DNA of 64,000 nucleotides from Candidatus Sulfotelmatobacter sp. (GTDB lineage: Bacteria > Acidobacteriota > Terriglobia > Terriglobales > Acidobacteriaceae). Location of the stretch: NCBI GenBank assembly GCA_030038255.1, contig JASHPH010000170.1, forward strand, positions 4,204 through 68,203. The letters are read 5' to 3'. Numbering within the stretch: the first letter of the stretch is position 1; every line of letters begins with the position of its first letter. The notes beneath the pieces were generated by a model. It searched no databases. It saw only the letters and a list, made by a program, of their open reading frames with translations, and had not been told where the DNA came from. Position numbers and translations under genes: made by a program. Below, piece by piece: positions 19,225 through 29,106 of the stretch.

Positions 19225-19689
19225 TCATGCCCTGGCCGATCTCACCTTCACGGCGACCGCGAGCAGGCTGATGGAGGCGATTAGTGCCAGCGAAATCAGG
19301 CACAAGATGCACCACGTCGTCAGAACATACGCCTCGATGTAGGTCAGATACAGCGCAAAGGCCAATCCGGCAAATGCCGCTCCCAGCAGCCAGTTTGGCG
19401 TGTCCGGCCGCGAGCGCCACAACGTGGCCAGCAGAAGCAGCGCGGCATATCCGGCGACGCCCATGCCTGCCACTGGAATTCCCATAATGCTTGAGTACTC
19501 GCTGCGGTTCACAATATCGCAACTGAACCTCTGGCTGAAATCGCAGAATTCCGTTGCCGACCTGGCGTAATGGCGTTGCAGGGACACCGCGGACACGATC
19601 AATCCGGCCGCGGCAAGGAGGGCAATCAGCGCAAAGAGAATTCGATTAGACTGCGGACGCGCTTCAGTTGTAACGCTAGACTCGCTCAC
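19225..19689 (-). CDS. Vitamin K epoxide reductase (VKOR) family membrane protein
   Basis: The GTG at 19689 overlaps the upstream TGA (GTGA). Loop cysteines CDFSQRFSC and the active-site CILC lie in a 4-5 TM protein. The longer track ORF (to 19947) would overlap the thioredoxin-like gene. Confidence 0.7.
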   Translation of the reverse strand: MSESSVTTEARPQSNRILFALIALLAAAGLIVSAVSLQRHYARSATEFCDFSQRFSCDIVNRSEYSSIMGIPVAGMGVAGYAALLLLATLWRSRPDTPNWLLGAAFAGLAFALYLTYIEAYVLTTWCILCLISLALIASISLLAVAVKVRSARA

Positions 19690-20105
19690 GGCAAGGTGCA
19701 CCCAGTCTTGCCGCTCAGAGTATCCATCTCCAGGATTCCTTCTTTCGGCGGGTCCCCACCAAATTGCCAGCTGGGAAACAGTTTGACTCCGGCCATCTTG
19801 CACGCCGGTGCAAGCTCTTTCGAGTCCTTGATGGCGCACTCTACGTACGTAACGTAGCGGAACGAGGCGCCAAACTTTTCTTTCTGCTCGGCGCAATGCG
19901 GGCACCAATAGAGGCCGTACATCTTGGCGCCCCTCGCCGTCAAACACTGGGCGAAGGCGTCGTACTTGTGATTCCTGTGATACCAGCCGAGGGCGTATGC
20001 TGCAGCCAGCAGAATCGCAATCGCGCCCCAGGTGAGATATTTCTTTCCCTTTCCGTCATTCGACCCTTCGCGCTCCGCTTGCCGTCTTCTCCGCTCTTCT
20101 GACAT
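19686..20105 (-). CDS. Membrane-anchored thioredoxin-like protein (CPHC)
   Basis: One N-terminal TM helix (YLTWGAIAILLAAAYALGWY) followed by a Trx-like domain with YWCPHCAEQKE. Equivalent to the Trx domain fused to bacterial VKORs. Confidence 0.65.
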   Translation of the reverse strand: MSEERRRRQAEREGSNDGKGKKYLTWGAIAILLAAAYALGWYHRNHKYDAFAQCLTARGAKMYGLYWCPHCAEQKEKFGASFRYVTYVECAIKDSKELAPACKMAGVKLFPSWQFGGDPPKEGILEMDTLSGKTGCTLP

Positions 20106-20179
20106 CGCTCCCTTTCATCTCATTTTCGTAAAGCCTAGACATGCCGCCAATCTATGGCCGACGAACGCAAGACTCCAGG

Positions 20180-20950
20180 TCAATGCGGCGGCGCAAGAGC
20201 TTTACGAATGCGATCGTTGATGTCAGGATATCCGGCGTTTTCCACGATCCATTTTGCGGATACGAAGCGCCGAACATACCTGTAGAACTTTGCGTACTGG
20301 ATGTAGACCGGGGCCTCCACTTTTCCCTTGTCTTCAGCCGCAAGAAACTTATTAAATTCGTCTACTGTTATCTTGTTCAGCTCGTCTTCGCTGGTTGGAA
20401 GCTGACCACTCGCATCGATCGCCATTCCTTCGAAAAGCCATTGCGGACCCATCCCGTCCTCGGTGCCGAACAGTCGCGTCGCCACGATGGCATGGGCGCT
20501 GTGAATCATCTCATGGGTCATGAGCTTCTCGTATTCGTCGTCACTCCAGCGATCGGGCCCGTAGAGGCGAGTGAAGTTCTCTTTGTAGATTTCGGGGGAT
20601 ACGACATAAAGGGTTGCTTTTTGCACAGTGCCGCTGAAAGTGGCGGGCACGTCCGTGTCCTGTGCATGGAACACGGTCGCGAGCATCCGACGAGCCGACT
20701 CTGAAGTACAAAACACCTCCACCTTGCTCGCGATGTCCTCCACTTTCAGTTCAAACCCCATCTCCGCAAAATACTTTGCAACCTTGTTTCGAGCGCTTGC
20801 CGCAAATCCCGAGAAAGGCTCCCTGCGTTGCCCGCACTCGTGCAACGTAACCTGCGGTTCTGCCGGCTCGGCCAGCCCCGATGCGGCAAAGCTCAACAGA
20901 CAGCAAATCGGTAAAACAAATCTTCTCGGCATTTTTCTTCGTGGAAGCAT
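20180..20950 (-). CDS. Secreted zinc metallopeptidase-like protein (Peptidase_MA_2-like, HExxH)
   Basis: The ATG at 20950 (or 20932) gives the signal peptide MLPRRKMPRRFVLPICCLLSFAASGLA. HEMIH is followed by WLFEGMA, the HExxH...EG.A arrangement of MA-clan peptidases. Confidence 0.5.
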   Translation of the reverse strand: MLPRRKMPRRFVLPICCLLSFAASGLAEPAEPQVTLHECGQRREPFSGFAASARNKVAKYFAEMGFELKVEDIASKVEVFCTSESARRMLATVFHAQDTDVPATFSGTVQKATLYVVSPEIYKENFTRLYGPDRWSDDEYEKLMTHEMIHSAHAIVATRLFGTEDGMGPQWLFEGMAIDASGQLPTSEDELNKITVDEFNKFLAAEDKGKVEAPVYIQYAKFYRYVRRFVSAKWIVENAGYPDINDRIRKALAPPH

Positions 20951-21005
20951 GGCGTCGGCGATTGCACTTATCAAGCGGGTAGCTTTTCCACTTATATCAC
21001 GACCG

Positions 21006-21995
21006 CTAGGCCACGACATTGAGCGCGCCGGGAAGCACATCGAGTTCCTCACAGTGCAGCGTGAGCACTTCACCATCCACCATGACATCTACGGGAGCGT
21101 CCAGATTGAACTCGACGCGACGCACGCCCTTGCGCTCTGCCAACCGGTGCTCGATGTGCGTGCCGTCGTAAAGTCCGGGGAGATTGCGAATCAGCCCCAA
21201 GCGCCCGATCGGTCCCCAGCGAACGTATTCGATCAGGCCGTCGTCGATCTCAGCCTTGGGTGCAATCATCATGGAACCACCGGTGAACTTGCTGTTATTG
21301 AAGGTGAGAAACAGACATCGGCGTTCGTCAAACTTGGCGTCGCCTTCGACCCGCAGTGGAAACGCGCGGCGATTAAAGCGTGCAAGAGTCAGGAAAATCG
21401 AACTCAGGTATCCAAATTCTCCCCAGCCGCTGAAGCGCCGAGCGCGCAGTGTGGCGACGTCGGCGGCAAATCCCATGCTCAACAAATTGATGTAATAGAG
21501 AACGCCACCACGGTGACGCAGGCGCAGCACGTCGGAGACACGACGGCGATTGGCGAGCAGTGACTCAATCGCGTATTCGACACCGCGATCACTGAAGTCG
21601 CGCAGGAAAGAATTGCCAGTGCCGAGCGGAAGAAATGCCAGCGTCGGCCGCTCGCCGCCCTGAGCCGAAGCAGCGAACGCCGGCGGGAAAAGACCGTTCA
21701 CGATTTCGTAGGCGGTACCATCGCCGCCTACCGCAATAAAGTTGCGAATGCCGTGCGCATAGGACTCGCGCGCGATTTCCGTGGCCGCGCCCGCAGCGCG
21801 GGTTTCAAGAACCTCGACCGTAATACCGCCGGCCCGCAGCCGTTCCAGCGCAGGGTTCAGCAGCTTGACGCTGCGCCCGCCTCCCGCGGCCGGATTCACA
21901 ATCGCAAGATAGGTTTGCCCCAAGATTTCGAGATCCCGCTCGGCTTGAGCCTGGCTACAACCCCACGATTGCTCCACGTTCAAGCGACTTTCCAA
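21006..21995 (-). CDS. Diacylglycerol-kinase-family lipid kinase (YegS/BmrU-like)
   Basis: [14 protein letters not shown]...[17 protein letters not shown]...LGTGNSF (DAGK catalytic domain). The ATG at 21995 overlaps the upstream gene by 41 nt; an in-frame TTG at 21923 is an alternative start. Confidence 0.75.
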   Translation of the reverse strand: MESRLNVEQSWGCSQAQAERDLEILGQTYLAIVNPAAGGGRSVKLLNPALERLRAGGITVEVLETRAAGAATEIARESYAHGIRNFIAVGGDGTAYEIVNGLFPPAFAASAQGGERPTLAFLPLGTGNSFLRDFSDRGVEYAIESLLANRRRVSDVLRLRHRGGVLYYINLLSMGFAADVATLRARRFSGWGEFGYLSSIFLTLARFNRRAFPLRVEGDAKFDERRCLFLTFNNSKFTGGSMMIAPKAEIDDGLIEYVRWGPIGRLGLIRNLPGLYDGTHIEHRLAERKGVRRVEFNLDAPVDVMVDGEVLTLHCEELDVLPGALNVVA

Positions 21996-23664
21996 TTTCC
22001 TCCCCCAGCATCTGCCGTTTCACTTTCATCGAAGCCGTCCGGGGAAAGTCCTTGTCCCACAGCAGGTATCCACCCACGCGTTTGAAGTCGGGCAGGCGGC
22101 GGTTGCGAGCGGAGATGTCCTCAAGCAACGCCGCGTCGAAATGCTGGTTCTGCTCGAGTCTGAGGACCAGAACCAGAATTTCACCGCCCAGTTCCTTTCG
22201 CGGCCAGATGTAGTTTGCAGCAAAAACGCAATACTCCTTCACCGGCAGGCCGTCGAACACGTTTTCAATGTCTTCCGGGTAGATGTTCTTCCCACCTTCG
22301 GTGACAACCATGTTCTTCTTGCGCCCGAAAAGCTGCAGATGTCCGTGGCCGTCGAAGCGGCCGAGATCACCCGTCAAGAGCCATCCGTCGACGATCGTTT
22401 CCAGCGTGAGTTCGGGATCGTCGAGATAGTGCGACATCACGGTAGCGCTGCGCGCGGCGACTTCCCCGATTCCCTCGGCATCCGGGTTGAGAATGCGCAG
22501 TTCGACCCCAGGCAGCGGCTTGCCGACCGTGTCGGCGCGGAACGGTTTGAGATCGTTGAGCGTGAGCGCGGTGCCAGCTTCGGTCAGGCCGTATCCGTTG
22601 ACCACCGGGATGCCGAGATCGTAGAAGAACTGCATGGTCGAGGGCTCCATGAATGCCCCGCCCGTGATCAAGGCCAGCAACTCTCCACCGAATGCGCGAT
22701 GCACGCTGCTCAGCAGCATCCGGCTGAGCTTCACCTTGGGCCGGCGCCGCGTCAGCAGTTTGTTGGTTGCGACCATCGTGTTCAGAAACGCGTGTTTCCA
22801 CGACGGAAGCTCGTCGAACTTGGCGCGCAAGCCGCGCTCGAGATTCTTCACAATCATCGGCACCAGAGAAACGTAGGTGATGCGGTATCGCACGAAAGCG
22901 TCGCGGACGAACTCCGGACGCAGCGTGCGCAGATGCACCACGCACGCTCCGCACACGAACGGCCCGATGAAGCCCACCATGAAATCAATGGCATGGTTGG
23001 TCGGGAGAATACTCAAATAGCGCACGCCCGGCCAGAATGGATACCACGCCGTCAGCGCACGGCACTGCTCGAGGTAATTTTCGTGAGTGAGGACGCAGCC
23101 CTTGGGCGGCCCGCCTGTACCCGACGAATAAACGATGCAGGCCATGTCCTCCCGCTGCCGCATCACGAAGTCGGGTGCACCCTTGCGCCGGAAGTCTTCC
23201 CAGCGGAACGCACCCGCCAAATCCGCGCCAAGCGGGGCTTCCGTGACCAGCACAATTCGGGTACCGATCTTCTGGAAATCCGGCGATTGCGTGATCGCCC
23301 GCCACAGATGGTATTCGACGATGAGGATCTTGGCCTTGGAGTGGGCGAGCAGTTGCAGATGCTCGGCCGCGCTGAGTTTGTAATCCAGCGGCACGAGCAC
23401 ACCGCCACAGTAAAAGATGGCGTAGGCTGAAATCAGCCACTTCGACTGGTTCGTCATGATGATCGCGGCACGGTCGCCGGCATCGAAATCCGCATCCTCC
23501 AACGCGCGTGCCAGCGGCAATGCAATTTCTTTGAAATCGGAATACGTCAGGCGGACCTTTTCGCGGTCGCGATCGGCCTCGATCAGGCACACTTCCGAGG
23601 AAAAACGGTCAAGTGCATCGCGCAAAGCCGCGCCCAGACATGTGTACGAGCCGAGATCGAGCAT
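21955..23664 (-). CDS. Long-chain fatty-acid AMP/CoA ligase (adenylate-forming), copy 2
   Basis: AMP-binding motif [60 protein letters not shown]. 569 aa. Confidence 0.8.
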   Translation of the reverse strand: MLDLGSYTCLGAALRDALDRFSSEVCLIEADRDREKVRLTYSDFKEIALPLARALEDADFDAGDRAAIIMTNQSKWLISAYAIFYCGGVLVPLDYKLSAAEHLQLLAHSKAKILIVEYHLWRAITQSPDFQKIGTRIVLVTEAPLGADLAGAFRWEDFRRKGAPDFVMRQREDMACIVYSSGTGGPPKGCVLTHENYLEQCRALTAWYPFWPGVRYLSILPTNHAIDFMVGFIGPFVCGACVVHLRTLRPEFVRDAFVRYRITYVSLVPMIVKNLERGLRAKFDELPSWKHAFLNTMVATNKLLTRRRPKVKLSRMLLSSVHRAFGGELLALITGGAFMEPSTMQFFYDLGIPVVNGYGLTEAGTALTLNDLKPFRADTVGKPLPGVELRILNPDAEGIGEVAARSATVMSHYLDDPELTLETIVDGWLLTGDLGRFDGHGHLQLFGRKKNMVVTEGGKNIYPEDIENVFDGLPVKEYCVFAANYIWPRKELGGEILVLVLRLEQNQHFDAALLEDISARNRRLPDFKRVGGYLLWDKDFPRTASMKVKRQMLGEEIGKSLERGAIVGL

Positions 23665-23775
23665 ATGAAAACGCCGATTTCAGTGTAGATTGCAAACTAA
23701 GTTAACCGCAGACCGCCGTAAAGCAATGTGCCCTAGCAATCAACAACCGGGAGTCAGCGATCAATAGGGAATCCT

Positions 23776-24024
23776 TTACAACCGTGCCTGGATTTTGCCC
23801 GCCAGGGTGCGGAAATCGCTCACGCCCTGCAGTTCATAGTCGGGCAACTCAACCCGGAAATGATTTTCCAGCTTGGTCAGCAGATCGAGCGTCTGCAGGC
23901 TGTCGATGCCCAGCGCCTTGAAGAAATCGTCGTCGGGAGAGAGTTTTTCGCGCGGCACCTTGAAATGCGCAGCCGCGAGCGTGAGGATTTCATCTAGCGT
24001 CTTTTCGGCAGTTTCCATAGACAT
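23776..24024 (-). CDS. Free-standing acyl/peptidyl carrier protein
   Basis: 82 aa with the phosphopantetheine attachment motif LGIDSLQTLDL. Confidence 0.8.
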   Translation of the reverse strand: MSMETAEKTLDEILTLAAAHFKVPREKLSPDDDFFKALGIDSLQTLDLLTKLENHFRVELPDYELQGVSDFRTLAGKIQARL

Positions 24025-24069
24025 TTATTGTAGTTGAGTCATTCGACTTTGGTTCGCTTCAGTCCGAAC

Positions 24070-24894
24070 TCACGGCAAATAGGGCTGCGCATCAGTGCTC
24101 TCGACAAATTTCTTCAGCCCGGCTTCGACTGCAGGAGAAGTGAACAGCTCGCAGAATAGATCAATTTCTCGCTTCAGTTCGTCATGTGGAATCGGCTTGA
24201 TGAACCTCTTGGCGGCCGCGGCGGTGTGCCGGTCAAACTTGCCGATCTGCGCCGCAGTGGCTCGTGCTGCTCGCAACGCTTCGCCTTCGCCGACCACCTG
24301 GCTCACCAGTCCGATCTGCTGCGCCTTTGTGGCATTGAAACTACGCCCCGTCAGCAGCAGGTCGCGCACGATGGCATTGCCCAGATCCCGCTTCAGTCGC
24401 GGGATTCCACCGAATCCGGGAATCAGTCCCAGCCTCAGTTCGGGGAAGCAGAAGCGGGCCATCTTGTCGGCGATCATCAGGTCGCAGGCCAGGGCAAGCT
24501 CGAATCCCCCACCGAAAGTCACGCCGTGCACGGCGGCGATCGTGGTAAGTGGCGAGGAATCGATGCGATTTAGCACGTGATGGATTCTCTGCAGAAACTC
24601 ACGCACGCCGCGTTGAGCCGCGGCTTTCTCCATGGCTTGCGAGCGTTCATAGAGCTCCCGTAAATCGGCGCCGGCGCAGAAACCGGCCTTCATTTCGCTG
24701 TAGATGATGAGCGCATGCGCCTCCCGCTCCAGATCGCACAGGGCGGAGGCGAAGGTCTCGAGTTCGTCCAGTGACAGGGATCCCAACTCGTTGCAGGGCT
24801 CGCGATGGAGCGCGAGTTCGATCACTCCCGCTTCGATCTTCCACGACAGCGCCTGACCTTGACACTGTTTCACGCTCATTGCGACTCCGCACAC
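24070..24894 (-). CDS. Enoyl-CoA hydratase/isomerase (crotonase) family protein
   Basis: FCAGADLRE...AAVHGVTFGGGFELALACDLMIA...F.FPELRLGLIPGFGG, the oxyanion-hole motifs of crotonases. The start could be the ATG at 24879. Confidence 0.8.
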   Translation of the reverse strand: MCGVAMSVKQCQGQALSWKIEAGVIELALHREPCNELGSLSLDELETFASALCDLEREAHALIIYSEMKAGFCAGADLRELYERSQAMEKAAAQRGVREFLQRIHHVLNRIDSSPLTTIAAVHGVTFGGGFELALACDLMIADKMARFCFPELRLGLIPGFGGIPRLKRDLGNAIVRDLLLTGRSFNATKAQQIGLVSQVVGEGEALRAARATAAQIGKFDRHTAAAAKRFIKPIPHDELKREIDLFCELFTSPAVEAGLKKFVESTDAQPYLP

Positions 24895-24897
24895 ACC

Positions 24898-26544
24898 TTA
24901 CACCGCCTGCTTCACGCGGTACATCTCATCGATTTCGTTCTTCATCCTTGCCGCAATCAGTTCGCGCTTCAGCTTTCCGTTCGCCGTCAGCAGGCCGTTC
25001 TCAATGGAGAATGGCTCAGGCCGCAAGCAGAACGCGCGCACCTGCTTGTAATGCGGTAACTGTGGATTGACCGCATCGAGGGCGGCTTGTACCCGGTCTT
25101 GCGGCGCACTGCCCGTAACGATCGCAGAAAGATATCCGCGCCCGTTGCCAACCACCACGACTTGCTGTGCACCCGGCAGATGGCGCGCGATTTCTTCCTC
25201 GATCGTTTCCGGCGCGATCTTGTGGCCGGAGCCGAGCACGATCAGATTCTTGATCCTCCCGGCAATCCGCCAGTTGCCGGAAGCATCCATCTCGCCCTGG
25301 TCGCCGGTGTGAAACCACCCTTCGCGCAGCACTTCCGCCGTCTGCTGTGGACGATTCCAATATCCGGGAAAGACATTGGGTCCGCGCACGACGATTTCGT
25401 CGTTTTCGCTCAACCGCATCTCCATACCCGGAATGGCCGGTCCCACGCGCCCAGGCACAGGATTGGAGGGGTCATCCATGGTACAGATGCCCGTCGTTTC
25501 CGTCAGGCCGTAGACCTGCAACACTGGGATGCCGAGCATGGCGAAATAGTCCTGCGTATCGGGAGTCAGCGGCGCCGAACCGCTAATCAGAGCCTTCAGA
25601 TTTTCTCCGAGCATTTTCCTTCTGATCGTCGGAAACACCAGCGAATTTGCCAGCCACAACCAGATCGCATCGCCCGCTTGCGGTTGAGTTCCCTTCCGCT
25701 CCCACGCGGCCTTTGCACGTAAGTACACGGCCTGCGTCAGCCCACCCTTTTGCGCGACCTGCTCGTCTACGCCTCGGCGCATGCGCTCGAGCAGTTGCGG
25801 CACGTTCAGGAAGTAATGTGGCGCGACCACAGGCATATCGTTCGGAATCTTCGTCAGATCGGCGTTCAGCGTGACCAGGCTGCCGCGCTTCAGAAACGTC
25901 AGCACGGCAATCCACGACGCGCAAAAACTGAACGGCAAGTAATGAAAGACGCGATCCTGGCCCGTGCGGTCGCCCATCAATTGGTCGAGCCGCGCTGAAG
26001 TACGCTCGAGCATGAAGCCGACATTCGCCGCCGTGAGCACAACGCCCTTCGCCTCGCCCGACGTGCCCGAGGTATAGATGATGGTCACCGCATCTTCATT
26101 GCGAACCTGCGGCCGATCCAGTTGGACGCCATCCACACCGGCGAAAATCTCGTCGAACAGAAATGTGGGCGGCGCACTGTGCCAGCTCTGCCGTATGGAA
26201 TCACGAAGCGCCGCATCGCCGCAGCACACCAGCGAAGGCATGCTGTCTTTCATCATGGCAACCAGTTCGACGGGAGCCTGCCGCGAGTAAAGCGGCACCA
26301 CGATCAGGCCCTCGGCCATTGCCGCCAAGTCCATCGCAACCCAGCGAATGCTGTTCGCGGCCAGCAGGCCGCACCGGTCGCCTTTCTGCAAACCTCTCGA
26401 AGCAAGAAACGTACGTGCCTTGCGAACCATCTCGAGGAGTTCGCTCCCGGTTACGCCTGCCACTTGACCGCTGTGGATTTCCTGCAGCACGGTCGTGCCC
26501 GCACCGGCTTTCAGTTGCGAAAATATATCTCCGACGAATGGCAT
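24898..26544 (-). CDS. Long-chain fatty-acid AMP/CoA ligase (adenylate-forming), copy 1
   Basis: IIYTSGTSGEAKGVVLT, VYGLTET, TGDQGEMDASGNWRIAGRIKNLIVLGSGHKIAPETIE. 548 aa. Confidence 0.8.
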   Translation of the reverse strand: MPFVGDIFSQLKAGAGTTVLQEIHSGQVAGVTGSELLEMVRKARTFLASRGLQKGDRCGLLAANSIRWVAMDLAAMAEGLIVVPLYSRQAPVELVAMMKDSMPSLVCCGDAALRDSIRQSWHSAPPTFLFDEIFAGVDGVQLDRPQVRNEDAVTIIYTSGTSGEAKGVVLTAANVGFMLERTSARLDQLMGDRTGQDRVFHYLPFSFCASWIAVLTFLKRGSLVTLNADLTKIPNDMPVVAPHYFLNVPQLLERMRRGVDEQVAQKGGLTQAVYLRAKAAWERKGTQPQAGDAIWLWLANSLVFPTIRRKMLGENLKALISGSAPLTPDTQDYFAMLGIPVLQVYGLTETTGICTMDDPSNPVPGRVGPAIPGMEMRLSENDEIVVRGPNVFPGYWNRPQQTAEVLREGWFHTGDQGEMDASGNWRIAGRIKNLIVLGSGHKIAPETIEEEIARHLPGAQQVVVVGNGRGYLSAIVTGSAPQDRVQAALDAVNPQLPHYKQVRAFCLRPEPFSIENGLLTANGKLKRELIAARMKNEIDEMYRVKQAV

Positions 26545-26566
26545 GATTTCTCAGAAAGCAAAGTCG

Positions 26567-27976
26567 CTAGCTGTACGCCGCCACTAACTGGCGCAAGGAG
26601 TCGTTCATCGGCGGCAAGTAATCTTCCCACCCCCACTCGCCGCGGCGCGTCGGAAACTCGGGATAGCACCGCTGCACCTCTTCCTCAAAATAAACACCCA
26701 TTCGCGCCATGACTTTCAGATTTCTTACCACCGTACGCGCAATTCCGTCGGCGATACGCTCGCCTTGCGTGGCCAGCATTTCGAGAGCGGCCAGCAATCT
26801 GGGTTCGAGATCGGGATCGTCCACGTTCATCAGCAACTCCTGATGGCCGCGCTCGCGCATCAGGTTGCGGATGCGTTCGTCCATGGTGATTCCCGCCGAA
26901 GGCACCAGCGCTGGCATCGAAGTCACAATGCCGTGATAGCGCGACGACGCCATCAAGTGACAGGCGCGCAGAATGCTAACCAGCTCGTACATGTTGTACT
27001 GATCCGAGGTCAATACCGGCACGCCTCCGAGCTTCTCCGAAATGCGACTAGCCGGGCGCGCATCCAGGCGCTCGGTCGCAACCAGAATGACGAACACGGT
27101 GCGCTGCTTGCGGAATGCATCCACCGCATTTGCGATGGAGGTCAGATAGTGTTGATAGGCGCGGTCGGCAGCCGGTCCGGAATTATGAAAGTAGACCGTG
27201 CGGTAGTGGCTGTCTGTGTAGGCTCCAGTCAGACTGTGCAGCGCGTATTTCGCCACCGACGCCTTCACCGGCCACTCAAACGGATTGATGGGGCAGACCA
27301 CCAGGACGGGAGTTCGACCGTCCCAGCCAACCTGCCGCAAGACGCTTTGGCCGTACTCCGCAGGCCGCGACTCGAAAGTCCACGCCGTGTCGGTGCCGAG
27401 CTCCGTAGGCACTCCCAGGTCCCGCAGAATGGTTCGCGATTCTTCATTGCGCGTGATGATGAGCGAATTCTTGCAGTACCGGCTGCACATCTTGGCCACG
27501 AGCGGATCCATGTGGCCGGCTTCGGCGCCGTAGCCGACGGAAAGCTTGTTCTCGACCGCGGCAATGCCAAGGGACCCGATCATCATGGTGGTCAGGGCAT
27601 TGGCAAACTTGCTCTTGAACATGGAGCCTTCGCAGGCCACGACGCCATGATGCTGCGGCACTTCCTCCGCCAGAAATGGCGGGAAAATGTCAGGCAGGTG
27701 TACCTGCCGCGTGCCGTCGAAGTATCCCTTGGAGAATTCGAACACCTGGCTCATCACGCTGAAGTCGACGCGCTCGGCGCCGAGGATGTGACGGATCTGA
27801 CGCAGCATTTCTTCGACGCGCACGTCTGATCCCATGTTGCGCGTGCCGTTATAGCCAGCGAAAAGAAGGTTTAATTTTTCGCCAGACCGCCAGCGTTTGC
27901 CGGCCCCGAGCATCCACCGGGCTTTGGCGCGTTCGATGTTGCCGCTGACCCACGCCTCCAGAATGAAGTCCATCAT
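26567..27976 (-). CDS. Polysaccharide-pyruvyl-transferase-like protein (tentative)
   Basis: The ATG at 27976 overlaps the upstream TGA (ATGA). The N-terminal [21 protein letters not shown] resembles the GYyG..N.GD motif of the PS_pyruv_trans family. 469 aa, longer than typical members. Confidence 0.45.
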   Translation of the reverse strand: MMDFILEAWVSGNIERAKARWMLGAGKRWRSGEKLNLLFAGYNGTRNMGSDVRVEEMLRQIRHILGAERVDFSVMSQVFEFSKGYFDGTRQVHLPDIFPPFLAEEVPQHHGVVACEGSMFKSKFANALTTMMIGSLGIAAVENKLSVGYGAEAGHMDPLVAKMCSRYCKNSLIITRNEESRTILRDLGVPTELGTDTAWTFESRPAEYGQSVLRQVGWDGRTPVLVVCPINPFEWPVKASVAKYALHSLTGAYTDSHYRTVYFHNSGPAADRAYQHYLTSIANAVDAFRKQRTVFVILVATERLDARPASRISEKLGGVPVLTSDQYNMYELVSILRACHLMASSRYHGIVTSMPALVPSAGITMDERIRNLMRERGHQELLMNVDDPDLEPRLLAALEMLATQGERIADGIARTVVRNLKVMARMGVYFEEEVQRCYPEFPTRRGEWGWEDYLPPMNDSLRQLVAAYS

Positions 27977-29106
27977 GCGGCCGTACCTCCGGCCTTCGCG
28001 GGCCAGGGCGCGTACTTGTACTGGAAATGATTTTCGCGGCTGAATTTCAAGAGCGCATAGCTGTACTGTGAAAACGGCACCGGCTGGCGCCCAAGCTCTG
28101 ACGTCACGCGCCGGTTGTCGAAAACCGTGTTCCACACCAAGTACGGCATGAACACTTTCAGGAGCGAAGCGCCGTAGCCGAGTGCTCCCTTGCGATTGGA
28201 GAGAAAATTCACGGAACGAGTGAAAGGCTTCTCGGTGAAAGGCAAAAATACCGGAGCGCGCTTCTGTTGGGCCGCAGCCAGAGCGGTGGTCAACTGGCGG
28301 AATGTTTGCGATGAAGTGCCCGACGAAAGATGGTACGTGTCGAACTTCGGTTGATCTTTCTGATGCAGCGCCGCAATCGCATCGGCCACGAAGTCCACGT
28401 TGACGATATCGATCTTGTCGGTAGGGCGGAAGGGCAGCGCGGGCAACCCTGCAAGAAACACAAACGACTTCACCATATCAAACTGTGTGGTGGCGGCGTA
28501 ACGGCTGTCGCCGAGCACGATGCTGGGGCGAAAAATCGTTTTCGGCGTATCCGGCAGCAGCACGCGCGTCATGTGCTCGCAGAATTTCTTTGTCCGCGCG
28601 TAAGGATCGTAGTCCGAGCGGTTCCAGTCGATTGCGGCATCTTCGGTTACGACTTCGTTGCTGCGCTTGCCGGCCACGGCCACCGTGCTGACTTCGCTGA
28701 AGCGGCGCAGGCCGTGGTAGTGTTCGGCGTGGCGCGCCAGCGTCAATACTTCGAGCGTGCCGCGCAGATTCACGTTCAGGCAGCTCTTTTCCGATTTGCG
28801 GTTCAGCGAAGCGGCGCAATGAATCACGGAATCGGTCGTATGCACCAGGCGGTCGTATTCATCGCGGCTCAGGCCAAAACCGGGCGAAGTCAGATCGCCG
28901 ACGAACACGCGTATTTTCGTCTGCAGGTACTCGTAGAAACGTGGAAACTCCAGATGCAGCTGCATTGCCTGCCACAGGCGCAACTGCGCCTCCTGCAGAT
29001 CGCGCGCTCGCACCAGCAGGTTCAGCGATGCGCCGTATCCCTCCAGCAAGTTGGCGGCGACATGCGCGCCGATGTATCCGGTCGAACCGGTCAGGAATAT
29101 CGCCAC
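27973..29106 (-). CDS. SDR-type thioester/acyl reductase (NAD_binding_4-like)
   Basis: [21 protein letters not shown] (Rossmann TGxxGxxG), ..LNLLVRA.., catalytic YARTK (YxxxK). The architecture resembles terminal reductase domains. Confidence 0.7.
   Translation of the reverse strand: MAIFLTGSTGYIGAHVAANLLEGYGASLNLLVRARDLQEAQLRLWQAMQLHLEFPRFYEYLQTKIRVFVGDLTSPGFGLSRDEYDRLVHTTDSVIHCAASLNRKSEKSCLNVNLRGTLEVLTLARHAEHYHGLRRFSEVSTVAVAGKRSNEVVTEDAAIDWNRSDYDPYARTKKFCEHMTRVLLPDTPKTIFRPSIVLGDSRYAATTQFDMVKSFVFLAGLPALPFRPTDKIDIVNVDFVADAIAALHQKDQPKFDTYHLSSGTSSQTFRQLTTALAAAQQKRAPVFLPFTEKPFTRSVNFLSNRKGALGYGASLLKVFMPYLVWNTVFDNRRVTSELGRQPVPFSQYSYALLKFSRENHFQYKYAPWPAKAGGTAA

Noticed and set aside
19690-19947. 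N-terminal 86-aa extension of the VKOR ORF (track start 19947)
   Set aside because: It would overlap the thioredoxin-like gene by ~260 nt in another frame. A GTG at 19689 forming a GTGA stop-start junction gives a protein beginning just before the first VKOR TM helix.
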